Below are positions 40,355 to 52,960 of a DNA stretch of 64,000 bases, in pieces. Positions within the stretch are counted from its first letter, which is position 1, and every line of letters starts with the position of its first letter. Source of the DNA: Bigelowiella natans CCMP2755 (lineage: Eukaryota > Protista > Cercozoa); assembly GCA_000320545.1 (NCBI GenBank), contig ADNK01000342.1:1-64000 (forward strand), in the 5' to 3' direction. The notes below the pieces were generated by a model. It ran no database searches and was not told where the DNA came from. It worked only from the letters and a program-made list of their open reading frames with translations. Position numbers and translations under genes: made by a program.

Positions 40355-40588
40355 CCTTTATTTAGGTGAGCGAGAGCTTACAGTGCAGTGGCAAAAATAT
40401 CAGCTTCACATTGCTCTAGTCTAGTGGTGCTAGAGCTACACATCGCTTTATCAGTCGGGATGCACATTAAGGCATATGATTTAATTCGATTTCTACATGT
40501 TCATAATTGACAAAGAACTTAAAATACATCACACGCACAGCAATTGTGTACAAACGCTTATCGATTCAACAAAGCCATGCTTGAGAAT

Positions 40589-41314
40589 CTATAATGTTGA
40601 TGAGGATTTAGCATCCTGCTCAATGGCCTTCAAACATTCTTTTGCGCACATATCTTCGTCCGTTGTGTCAATCTGTGCGATTGCACCCAATCCTCGATCA
40701 CGATATCGCAAATCGTACCTACATTGAGGGGCGAGCATCGTCGGACAAAGTCAAATATGTCTCAGATTAAAAGCCCCCATCCATATTGGAAAAACCAAAC
40801 CATTACCACTGTTCGATGAGGAGTCTTGTGAGCTCTCTTTCCCTCCCTACCAAACGATATTTTTAGAATACTTAGAATACTTCATTATAACGGATATTCC
40901 CCTCACATGAGGTGCTTAGCAGTTGGGACACTTGTTGGCGTCTCTACTACCTTGACGAAGCATGTTTACGAACGCATCTTTATTGCTGCCTCTCATCACG
41001 CGCTCTAGATGCGGAAGGGCCTTTTCCAACTGCCTCACACAAAACAAATAATGGAATTCGGAATAGGCAATAGAACAGCTGCTTCTTTCATATGGCAAAA
41101 TGATAGCGTGGCTGGAGTTGGGAGAGGCTACGCATACCTCCTGGCGATGGATATCATCTCTAAGATACTCCTCGCAAAGTCGAGTCACGCGCACCTGATC
41201 GGAAGGTGTGAATGACTGTCAGGATGATGATAGCGTCGGCATCTAGAATGAAAAACAACACAAATGTTCACGGGACAAACCACGCACATACTACCGCGCG
41301 TACAATATAACGTG

Positions 41315-41355
<41 letters not shown>

Positions 41356-42407
41356 TCATGTGTGTGTTATTTATGTGTATTGCTACTATTACTACTACTA
41401 CTTCTACCACCTCCATCGGAGCTACAAGATCTATACGTGTTGCATTTATCAGGTTCTCCCAAACCTACGCAGGAGGAGGACTTGTGAACGTCAATACGAT
41501 AGAAAGCCATTACAACTTTCCCGACACAGAAATACTTTTAGGGAAACAGGCCGGCGAAAGGATTCAGAGACAGTGGAGACGGACTACAGGCAGAAGGGAT
41601 AGCGGTTGCACAATGCTCAGTATGGTTGCTACTACCGCAGGAGGAATGATGCTGTTCCCGACTTTACGACTTTCGCTCTCCACAACAGCATAGCCTGCAT
41701 TATCATCACATCATCATCATTATCATCATCAATTTATCATGAGAAGGATCGTCCATGAGACGGAAACGCGTAAATATGATTGAGCTGCTATGAATCGAGA
41801 GGGGACACAAAAGCTGGTTGATGGCAGCGCACACGATGCGGTGTCAGAATTCGGCAAATACCGTTAGGAAAGCCGTTATGAAGGCGGCACAACAGTTCTG
41901 ACTCAAATGCCTTCTGGCTTGTAGGCTGCAGTCTGAGAGCAACAAAGCAGCGTTAGAAATGCACAGCAGCGGTCCACTAGGCATGCAATTATGACGTAGC
42001 CTATTGTTAACTGCAAGCACTGCTACCCAACGTGGCCGAGAAGAGAGCTTCTGTGGCCAGCAATGCCCTCAAGATCGATCTTATGGATGGAGTACGATCA
42101 TATGGGGGGTGATAGGATGCAGAGGAAAACAGAGCAGCTCTGTCAGAAAGAAGAACAAACAGTGATGGGGGCCGAACGATGCTCTCTGAAGGATTAGGCT
42201 AGCAGAGGACGTATACCGTGGAATCGCCTTGCATGGCTTCGATCCGATTCAGAATTCTGCCAAACAGTAGACGATTATTAGTCAAAACAGCATATAAATG
42301 CTCTTCGTGTCGGGCACTTGTAATAGACTAGCGGCTGTTTGCGTCTTTCTTGCTTAAGGGTGATACGTGGTGACTATGGAGGGTAGACCACATGGGATCG
42401 TGTTTTG

Positions 42408-42457
<50 letters not shown>

Positions 42458-45384
42458 CTCTCTGGTGATCTTGTATCAGTACCTTGTTTTCCCAACTCCG
42501 GTCATTCCACTTAACACGTAGACCCGCGATGGCAGCAAACTAATGATTGTTTTCGTGAAAAGTTTCATCAGTGTTTGTTTCTTTTACCTTCCGTTAAAGA
42601 GTAGGAAATGGCAAAAGACAGGAAGAAGGCTACACCGTGCTATGCTCTCATTGGAAGCCAAGGTATCTCGTACCGACCTGCAAAAAGGGAGGGGGGGGGA
42701 GAAGGAGTGTGTCTTCAAACCGATGGTTGTCACATCTGTGTAAAGACGAATTCCCTGCTACAGCTTGCTGCTCATGTAATACAATTACTACAACTGCTAA
42801 CAACAATAACAATAACTATAATTAAAATAAATACTTTCTGATGGCTTTATAGCCCCCTTTGATGACCCAGATGCGTTCCCAGCCCAATCGACGCAGTAGA
42901 GCGCCAACCGACTGAGCAAAGCACCATTCGAAGGAAGGAGGGGGGGAGGGAGGAGCTTACGTAGTGCTCACAGTTTATGGTGTGAACTAACAACTCACCT
43001 GACTGCGCTTTCCTCCTCTCGCGCAGTATAGTATCAAATCACCTGCCTTTTGTATCGGAACGGCAGGGAAAAACACGGGTCCATTACAAACAGGGTTGTT
43101 TGCGCACATGCATTTGGCCGTATTTGTGGGGGGGGGGGGGGGGAATATATGACGCAAAGCTTTCCTTTCCTCTGCTATGATACCATCGTATAGTGTAATT
43201 TTAAATCGCGTGCTGGTATTACTCTACGACACCGATACCTTGGGAATGCTGTCGTTTTCCTGGACTTCCAGCCGCACCGAGTGCAGCTGGCGGGGAAGGG
43301 CAACGGCGAACGATATAAAAGAATTGACGGATATAAAGAATTAGCGGGTGGACGTGACGACGGAGAAGGAGAGGAAACGGGGAGTTGTGAAAAGAGCAGT
43401 AGTGGTAGCAGTAGTAGTAGTAGTACCTGTGTCGCGACTTCAGAGAATACTGATGACAAGGTTTGTTCGCCTACGATGGTGGATTCTAACATTACCCAAG
43501 ACCGTGATAATAGCTCCCAATGGCGGCAGGCAGCAAAGGCAGCAGCTATGTTGATACCCTCTGCTATTATATACGTTTGGTGGTGTGTGTGTGTGTGCGG
43601 AGATATCATCAGGTGCGGTTTTACCAGTCGATGGGGAACGGTCAGCAACCCCACGAATAGACTCGACGAGTTCCTGTGAGGAAGGAGACCGTGAGAGGGG
43701 GGGAAGGTGATGAGGAGGAGAAGGTTAAAGAATAATAGCATAGCATAGATCAAACCACAAGGTTGGATGAAACCAAGCGGTTTATTACCGATATTCGTTT
43801 TTCTACAAATTCGAGTCCCTTCTCCAGAGCATCTGTGGTATGTGCGGTGGTTGGGGAAGAATTAAACGACATTTGAATGATACGAAGTGACTATATACGT
43901 ATCCGTGCATATGTATAAGACCGTCTGGAGAAATTTGTTTGTACAGCGTCCCCACGATAGCTCTTTCGTCGTTGTCCAACAGAGGGACATTTATGGCTCC
44001 TGGGAGATGATCCTATTTATGGTGTGAGGTGCAATAAACGATTATGAGGAAGAAGGGGAACATGAGGAGAGAGGTCAAAAAGCGAAGACTTACTATCATC
44101 AACCACGGATATCAAAATTATTGATTACATATTGATTCTTTCAATAATACAGCTTCCCCTTTTTATAATGGTTTACCCTGTACCCTCTCCCCCCCCTGCA
44201 ACAGTGGCAAATACGACGACAAGTAGTACCTCTTCATATTCCACGGGAGATCTAAGATCAATCTGTCATTTGTGTTATGGAGACGAATAGTATCAACTTA
44301 ACAATTGGTTGTGGTAATGATATTGGCGTTTAATGAACAGTGCCTGACCACTTTTGCTCCATTGGAAGAGACGAAATCGATGTTTTCAGCTAAGCATCCA
44401 GGAATCACGGACCAAGATTCTGTACGAAATTGTGATGACGAAGGCGATTCTTGGGCGCTACTCTTGAGAGATGAGGCGGTCTCAACAGCATAACATCTAT
44501 GGTGTGCCTTCTTCCGATGTATTTTTCCTATCTCATATCTGCGTTTTGCTGATGATGACGATGATGTCGAATAGGAGGAAAATACTGGCTGAGGTAAGAT
44601 GCGAGCGCGGCGAAACTGCGCTCGTCTTACTGCTCCAAATCTCGCACCTGTGGAGGGAAAGTTCTTTATATGTGGGGTCTTCGAGAAGTAACTAAACGAG
44701 AAAATAAACGTAAAATGCTAGTGCATCTTTGGAAAAGTAGGGTACTCTTCTCTACGTTTCTGGGGAGCTGAAGTCACACTTTCATCTCTTAAACATGCCC
44801 ATACTCTCCGCTTCCATTTTATTTCAGTCAGCCATCTCTCTTTCCGCACATATATCCACTAAAACAACTCTCAATCCTTGTTTATTCCGCATCAACACCC
44901 TCCATCGTAAGTCTACCTGCTCGTAATGCCGCAAAACTCGGCGTGGCAGCTGCAATAATGGATGCTGCAAACATAATCCAATGCATACGAGGGACCCTTT
45001 TAGATTATTCCCTGAGAATAATTGGGCCCGGGGGGAAGGAGGAAGGGGAGAAGGGGGGGGGGGGGAGGTGGGAAGGTCGCGGATCGGATATCGATTGTTG
45101 TATTTTGAGGATTATGGGCGAAGTGATTCCAAATGAAAATCCCCTCTGTTTGTGCCCTTCAATCAACAAATCCCCTCTGTTTGTGTCCTACGACAATCAA
45201 CAAATCTTGCCGGACGACAGAACCACATCCTGCATCTATGGGGGTTCGCTTCCGTCGGTAGTCTTGCCGTTCAGGATGGCTCAGCGGCTGAGAGGTTTGA
45301 GACGGCATCATACACATCGATGAGTCAGTTCAGTGCTGAATGATTTTGCCTAGTAGGTTCATGTGGGGGAAGAGGAAGCGAGTG

Positions 45385-45426
<42 letters not shown>

Positions 45427-45727
45427 TGAGGAAAACAGAGAGCACAAGAAGATGCAATGAATTCCGAAGTTTTGTGATAACTCATTTGCAGACGGTGAAG
45501 AGTCTGTCAGCAAAATGAGAAAGCGATTGCAGGTGCGACACGCTTCTGTAACTGATTTTGCTGCCGCTGACATTAATACTTCCATGTATCCAGCCAACGC
45601 CTAAGGGTGAACGCGGAAGCTCTTCCCCTCCACAAATCTCACGAGGTGTATCTGCCCCGGTGCCTAGTACAGCAACATCTACAATGGAAGATTCTAAGAT
45701 AAGATCTGGACTAGTCAAGTATGTCAT
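40589..45727 (-). CDS. selU: tRNA 2-selenouridine/geranyl-2-thiouridine synthase (rhodanese domain plus P-loop), spliced, with N-terminal extension; 5' end uncertain (about 45000-45727)
   Basis: Ordered exons: IDLRSPVEYEE|GHLPGAINVPLLDNDERAIVGTLYKQ (~43920-44262), ILYCARGGKRS (43002-43034), WVIKGGYKAIR, VYVLSGMTGVGKTR (~42483-42525), IDLEGIAGHRSSLLG, QPTSQKAFESEL, VVESESRKVG..IP, RVTRLCEEY and LLIEQW|YDLRY. All match MnmH/YbbB motifs. Stop at 40589-40591. Confidence 0.92.
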
Positions 45728-45802
45728 TTAAACTGATAACCTAATATGATTCTAAGTAAAGATAAAATGAGGTCACCTCATATATTGACTGTATTGGGAA
45801 GG

Positions 45803-48034
45803 ATGAAAAAAGCAGACATTAAGATGTTCCAGCGTTGGATCCGCTGCTTTTGCATTGTTGATTTTGATCTCGATCTTGGCCAAAAGGTATTAAACGACGA
45901 TATGTGCAAAATATATACGAGTGATCGGGGATTGGTCAAACGACTCGAACGCAAAACATTTAACTAAATGATAACACTAGATGAGGAGCATATTTCCTTC
46001 CAACCCGGCAAGACATAAGTTGTCCCGCGAAGAGATCGCTGCCATTACAAGCCTTTCGTTCCCAGATTCAAATTGTACAAAACTTGGAGACCAGGTTGCG
46101 CTTCTTGTCGGTGTTTCTCAGCGTCTTACGACCTAATCTTAGTGACTTAAAATCGTGTTAAGGTGTACTGTTTCCGCTTCCAATCCCGTAAGCATTCTAC
46201 ACGCAAAGGGGGGAAAACGTCCATTCCCCCGAAACGCCCCCCTTCTTCGCCCCCCCCGACTGAGCAACTTCCGGAGACGGCTCCGAGAGAAACAGGGGGT
46301 GGTAAAGATGCCGTCTCGGGGACGACTCAAAGCATGACGGAAAGCAAAACACAGAGTCCAGAAGATGCTAAGAATGATAGTAGTAGTAATGATAGCAATC
46401 ATAAAGAGCAGGCACTTCTTTCAAAAGTCAATAAGGTCAGAACAATTGGTACGCAAGTACATGTGTGTGTGTGTGTGCACATCCACACTCTTCAACTCTC
46501 AAAACCTGAGTTTCCTCTCCCCTTTCCCCCCCCTCCAAATTCAGCGAAATTCATTGATGAATATCCCAACAATGATGTTTGGATACGTCTTCTTCCGGCA
46601 AAGAGCGGACTCATCGATTCGTAGGGGGTTAGGATCAAAAAATTGTCAAATTAGAAGAAACTTCAAAAGAATACTCTGACATTCGTAAATGATTGCCTTT
46701 TTGCGAACGCACTCTAGTTGTGTCATTGTGTGTTCCATGTTGTCAATATTTCCCCAAAACCAAACTATTTTTTAGAAGTTTTGAAGGCAAACTCTATGCC
46801 AGCTTCTGCGACTCTCGAACGATAGTTAGTGACCTCCTACTAATAGCAGCTCTCAACTCTCAGGTTTTTGCAGAAAAGCGTCGTGGTGATAAGTCCGTAT
46901 GCCTTCACAGACCTTTTCCAAAAGGTGTATTGCATTGAAAGGAGCAAGAGAGAGAGAGAGAGTGAGAGAGAACTATGATGATGATGAGAAATAGTAGGAA
47001 GTGAAGGATAGTAACTGGAGAAAGATACGGAAAAAGAAAAAAGTCTCTTTTTTAACTCTGTCATTTACTTTTCTTCCTCCGTTTAAACACGATTCAGATC
47101 ATCAGCATCGTTGGGAGCATGTACTTTTCCGTGGGCAACGCTTGCATAGAGGTGCCGAGCACACGAAGAACAAAAATAATGCTCAGGCCGTCGTCGGATG
47201 CCTCATCTATCAAATTCCAAGGAGAATGATGCATCTTGTACCTAGTCGTTCTGTCTTTTCATTCAGCCGTTGATGATGATGAAAAACCGATGATCATGAT
47301 TGCCACCACTGCTACTTCTACCAGGCTGCATGCCAGAATATATCTCAGTGGCCTCGATTGCGCTCCGGGGTCGAAGTTCAGCTTCCATTGCTAGGGAGTG
47401 TTATCAATTTCTCTGCACCGAGGCTACCGAGGTAAATACCGAATTATTCACTCAAACACAAGCGAAAATCTTTCTTCTTTTCTCTGAATTCTATTTTGAG
47501 TTGGCATCAACCGCGTGTGCACACACACACAAAGTTCCCGAAGATGGGTTAATTCTGTTCCCTGTGCTCCAAAGAGACTAGCACGATGATGATGATGCTT
47601 CATCAAGAACATGCAGTGTTTCATAACATGTTCTTCCGATTATTACCATCATCGTCAATTTATTTCGGCCAACTATCGTAAGCGTTTGGGTTTTCTGGAA
47701 ATGTTTGCACATTCCATGCTGCTCACGCTTAAGCATATTTCCTCTGCACTACCAAAAAAGATCGGATGCCTTATTCTTCCGTATGATGGTGGGAGTTAGG
47801 TAACACACAAACACTGCCGATTTTGAGATATTTCGACGGAAAAGTCGATACACGATTTCAATACTACAAATTAGCACTGAAGGATGAGAACAAATCCAGA
47901 ACCAAAATACAATTTCCAAAAACAACCGCCCTGGACTAGAAACTAGCATTTATTTCTTGTCTGTTTGTCTGATATCACTATGATGATGATTAAAGGGAGA
48001 AAGGAAGCACCGTCTCTACCGCTCTTTCTTCGAG

Positions 48035-48067
<33 letters not shown>

Positions 48068-48971
48068 TAGAAGTAGCATTAGTAATAGCTTCATATTATA
48101 TGATCGATGATATATCTGGTACTACTTCTTAGGCAACTTCTTAGTAACCCTTCCAGTTTGATGGGATGGTTTGTCCAAAAAGACCTGTAAGTTATTATAA
48201 CGAATCCAACAACATCAATGCACCTCAATCACTCTCCTAATTTTGATTTCCCCTCTCATCATCTTCTTTTTTTTCTCTTTCTTCTCCTCCTCTCCCTCCC
48301 CCTCTCTCTCTTGGTCGATCGCTCTACTTTCTTATCCGAGAGAAATGACGAAGAAGATGAAGAAGGAGAAGAAAAAATAGAAAGAGAAATCTCTCATAAC
48401 AGCGTGGCAGTGTTTTTGATTGTTAATATTGCTGTTGGTAGATACTCGAGCTTGTTCTTCGTCATCCATCATCTATGGCATTTCTGGGAAATCATCATAA
48501 CAGGGAAACCGCTATTGGTTGGTGCTGCTCTTTGCTTATTTTCACCTCTGCTGTGCCCTCTAAGTGTTACTGCTACGATCGCATCATAATTCATCATCGT
48601 TGTTCAAACATGTATGTGTTTGTACACATGACTGACTGACTGCATCATGTACTTTCTTCACTTCTGCGAAGGAAATGCGATCGATCGATCGTGATATCTT
48701 CATTCCAACTTCACAGCTGTTGTCAGTGCGGTTATTTCTATCTCTTCTGCTCTCACCGATTTTGAACGTATCTTCTTCGGTAGGTATTTGGCAGCTCGCC
48801 ATCGCGTGTGAGCAAAGTCGTTCTATCCATTGTTTCACTCATCTCGCCGCTGACGTACATGGGGGATTTCCGGCCATACTTCTCAATCTATGATAACTCT
48901 CTGCCGCACTTCCAGGCGTTGCATGATGTACGCGTGCACAACATTTATAAACATATAAGTATATTTTGTGC

Positions 48972-49002
<31 letters not shown>

Positions 49003-50337
49003 TGTGTGTGTATTATATGTATAGTTGTGTCTTTGTGAATTTTGGTCGTCGTCATCTTCGTCCTTGGTGCGATGTATGGCTGCTGAGGCACTCAAAAATA
49101 AAGCAGAGGCTTGTTTCCTTCACCCTTTGAATAGTATACGTGCATCGTCAATGCCGTATCTTCCTGCGTAGTTTATATGTGTTGTTTATGTTGCCTATGT
49201 GTTTAGGCCAAGCCAGAAGTTTTACCTGCGTTAGTCCTCGGCGTGACCAATCCATTCCTGCTTAAAACCTTCCAAAACTTTCCAAATGTTCTCTCTCTCG
49301 GTCGGGCACACGCACACACACACACATACACACACACACACACAACACAATTAGAGTAACAAGAATGAGGAGCAGTAGTATGATGTGATTTGTGCGTTTT
49401 CTTTGCTTTCCTTCGGTTTAGGCGAAGAACTCATAGTGAGGACGAGCAAACCTCCACTTCCTCATGGCAACAACACCCAAATAGCCCGAAACATGAGCAA
49501 TCATAGCCATGATGGAAAGCAACACGGAAATGCGCCAGCAGGAGGGTCAACGATGGCGAATGGCGCATCATCTGTCCTTAGGAAGCCCCACCCCATATAC
49601 TCCTCTCAACATCAAAACGCAGAAGGAGGAGGAGGAGGAGGAAAGAATACGTGGGGGGGGGGGGGGGGAGAACAGAGAGCAGCAAGCAAAAGGGCCTCTC
49701 GCCATCTTCATCATCATCTTCTTCCTCTTCTTCTTCTTGGTTATTCGTGAATCAATCGACGAAAGCTGTTCCTTCCAAGTTGAAGGTGTTTCCGTCTCTC
49801 AAAGCAGCTAAAATAGACATGGTAGAGCCCTCCACAGGCCCCACCACCTTTGTTAGGTACTACTACTGCAACTTCCCTTCCTCGCCTCTCTCATCGGCAC
49901 ATCCCGCATGTATGCCTGCATGCATTTATTATCTTAGCGCTCATCGCCGGCTCCTCCTCCTCCTCCTCCTCCTCCTCCTCCTCCTCCTCCTACTACTACT
50001 ACTACTACTACGACGACGATGACGTCAACGAATACTACTGACAATAATTTTAACCGCATGATCCCGTTTTAAGCTTCTCCCTCGATACGAATCTTTCATG
50101 CTGATGGTGCCTTTGCTGCTGCCATTCTATGTTGCCGTTTGTTGTCGCAGCAACGTCTCGCCCACGTTCTGTGCGGACAAAGCGACTCTACAAAGGCTGC
50201 TCAGTCCCAGTGCTAGTGGGGGGGGGGGGAAGGATATGAAGGACGTAGATGATCCTGTATGTGTTTACGATGATAGAATGAGTAGTATATAGTAGTAGTC
50301 GCAGTAGTAGTAGTAGTAGTAGTTGTTGTTGTTGTTC

Positions 50338-50374
<37 letters not shown>

Positions 50375-51513
50375 GTTCAAACCTCCATTGCACGCTGTGC
50401 TGCCTCTATCCATATCGCACACAAACATCTACTACCACAAATTTATCCAGGAGGAAGCCCGACTGCAGATCAACGCAATGGTCTTGCGCAAGCACTTTTA
50501 CCAGCTGACACAGCTCTTCCTCATGCCCTTCGATCAGTACTTTGAATTTGAAACCGAGGGAAATCTCCACCTCGGGCCTGAATGGAATCCGTACTTCGCT
50601 CTGCCATACCTGCCACCGTTCAAGGAGCAAGCGTTTCTCAAGGGCGTTCGAAAGCACGTAGATCACTTTCCGATGAAAGGCCTACTGAAGATGCAACGGA
50701 GGGCGCGTATCGTGCAGCTATATCGACGCTTTCTTAAGTCTCCCAACTTTATTCCCTGGTTCAACAATCAGAGGGATATAGGAAAGGTAATGGCAACGAT
50801 GAAAAAATCAAGACAACGACGATGATGATGATGATGATGATGGTGATGATGACGATGAAGGGAAGGTATTAGTTAGGAGCACAAAAAGAGAACGGGCAGG
50901 TGTATACCACCCATGAAACAGCTTCCTTATCATTATTGCTGGCAACAAGGCGTACATAGTGCTGCTGGTTTAGTATGGCCCCCTCGACGATGTCTTGTTC
51001 CTCAGTGTAGGATGGATGGATGGATGATGATGATGATGATGATGATGCTTTTTTTAGGTAAGATTACGGCAGCACATGCGGTCTCGATTGGTCGGACTGC
51101 GTGGGGAGCTGTTCCTACGCCTTGTGTGTCACGTGTCTATAAGAAGTACCAAGATGATCCGAACACGAGCGCAGAGATTCCTTGGTCAAGCGATTTAAAG
51201 GAAGAGGAGGGGAGGGGAGGAGGAGGGGGGGGGGGGGGGATTGTGAACGGGAGAAGTAGGGAGGGAAGGCTCAACTGGGTAGAAATCTTTCCTGTGATAT
51301 AAGCATTTTCAGACGTTTTTGCCTTCGTTGTATTCGTCTTATATTTCTATTCAACTCGCTCATTAATAATACAACAATTATGCAGATACGGTGGTGGCAA
51401 GACCGACCCTAGATGTCGAGCTAAAGGAAGCTATTGAAGATCACCTGAGGACGTTGGATTCCCTGCTACCACCTCCAAAGAAGGCTCCCCACCCACCCAA
51501 AAACCAGAGCTAA
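45803..51513 (+). CDS. DENND6: DENN domain protein DENND6/FAM116-like (Rab GEF)
   Basis: FQRWIRCFCIVDFDLDLGQK, LSFPDSNCTKLGDQ|VYCFRF, FGYVFFRQRADSSIRRG, LWHFWEIIITGKPLLV, LGVTNPF, LRKHFYQLTQLFLMPF and LYRRFLKSPNFIPWF. Stop at 51511-51513. Confidence 0.9.
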
Positions 51514-52524
51514 CAACTCGTACGATGATCGAGCTGCTATTGTTTACTTACAGTTGCAGCTATTAACCTCGAGATTAAGGTGTATGCCGCGAACGGAGTA
51601 GATTGAGTGGCTAGCTGTTGCTTTCTGACAATGCTGCGCAATGTACAAATAATGTGCAATGCGACACAATGCATCAATCGTATGACGCTATTATTACCTA
51701 TCGATTTTAAAAATGTATTGCATTCTCATATCGGCACATGAACTGCTACTTCTCGATCCAGAATAGAAGTAATTGTAGCTAGCTCTCTCCTACGAGCGTA
51801 GTATTTCCGTAGTATGAACTTGAAATTGCGATATTGCTTTGACAATTGCGGCTTCAATTGCGCTGACCACGCTCAGTCTAAGCCGTACATAAAATATAAA
51901 AATGTCTAGATGTGCGTTGCATGTAGAACGCACATGTACATGGCATCCATTGAGCGTGGCGTGCAAATGGAAATCCATTGTGATCATGGACAATTTTAAA
52001 TGCCGAACGTGTCATTTTAGCATTGTTTGCACGCGGGTGGAGTGGCTGCGCTATGCATACGCCGCCATGGCATGCTAGATGCAGTGTAGCCAATGCATTT
52101 CTGTACGTAGTCTCTATGACTCCCATACTACTGAACTACTGACACATCGTAACACCTTCACGAAAAACACAGCTAGCTACACACTTAAAACATGAGGATA
52201 TGGTGTGTGGGAACATCCAACACATGCAAGGCGCGTACGTCTCTATGACTAGCTATACGCACAATTATTATTTATCACACATCTCCAACACGAATAAACA
52301 CGCATGCACACAAACACACATAAACATGATTACATGTGTACGTGTACACGCCATTGGGAATGACATTTAAAAGCACGTGTCAATTCATTACATCCGTTAC
52401 ATGCATGTATGTGTGTATATATATAATTACTGCAATAATGCCATTAGGCACTGTGTCTATTAAGAAATCATTTTGCTTGTTCGGAGCCGCCTTCGCTTGA
52501 GCAGCATTTCTAGAGAGTTTGTCA

Positions 52525-52765
52525 TCATCGAGGTTTGACATACTTACCCTGTAGCATAACTCTATGCATAAGCTTTCGTTGTTTGCGATTCGTTCGAAGC
52601 ATACGTATGACCTTTAGCAATAACCCATTTTTCCGGCGGTGTGCACATGAATGTATTTTTACATTGATATATGTATTCTCTCTCTCTCTTTCTCTCTGTT
52701 TTATTCTTTTTTACACACACACACATGCGCGCGCGCGCGCGCGCACACACACACACACACACACA

Positions 52766-52803
<38 letters not shown>

Positions 52804-52920
52804 CAATTGTATTTATTTTCGCTTGTGTGAATGTGTGCATTTAGGCAAGTTCCGACATATTCCATTCGCCTCCTGCTACCTTTACGACTACTACTACCAC
52901 CACCACCACTACTACCACTA

Positions 52921-52960
<40 letters not shown>

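Noticed and set aside
40916-40950. CPNC* as the SelU C-terminus
   Set aside because: A donor at RQ|G leads to two more exons carrying the conserved L.LL...YD..Y motif, ending at 40589.
44915-45260. Faint FolC C-terminal-like motif (LLIV-GSLVCIG) in the SelU extension
   Set aside because: The match is too short and the exon phasing is unresolved.
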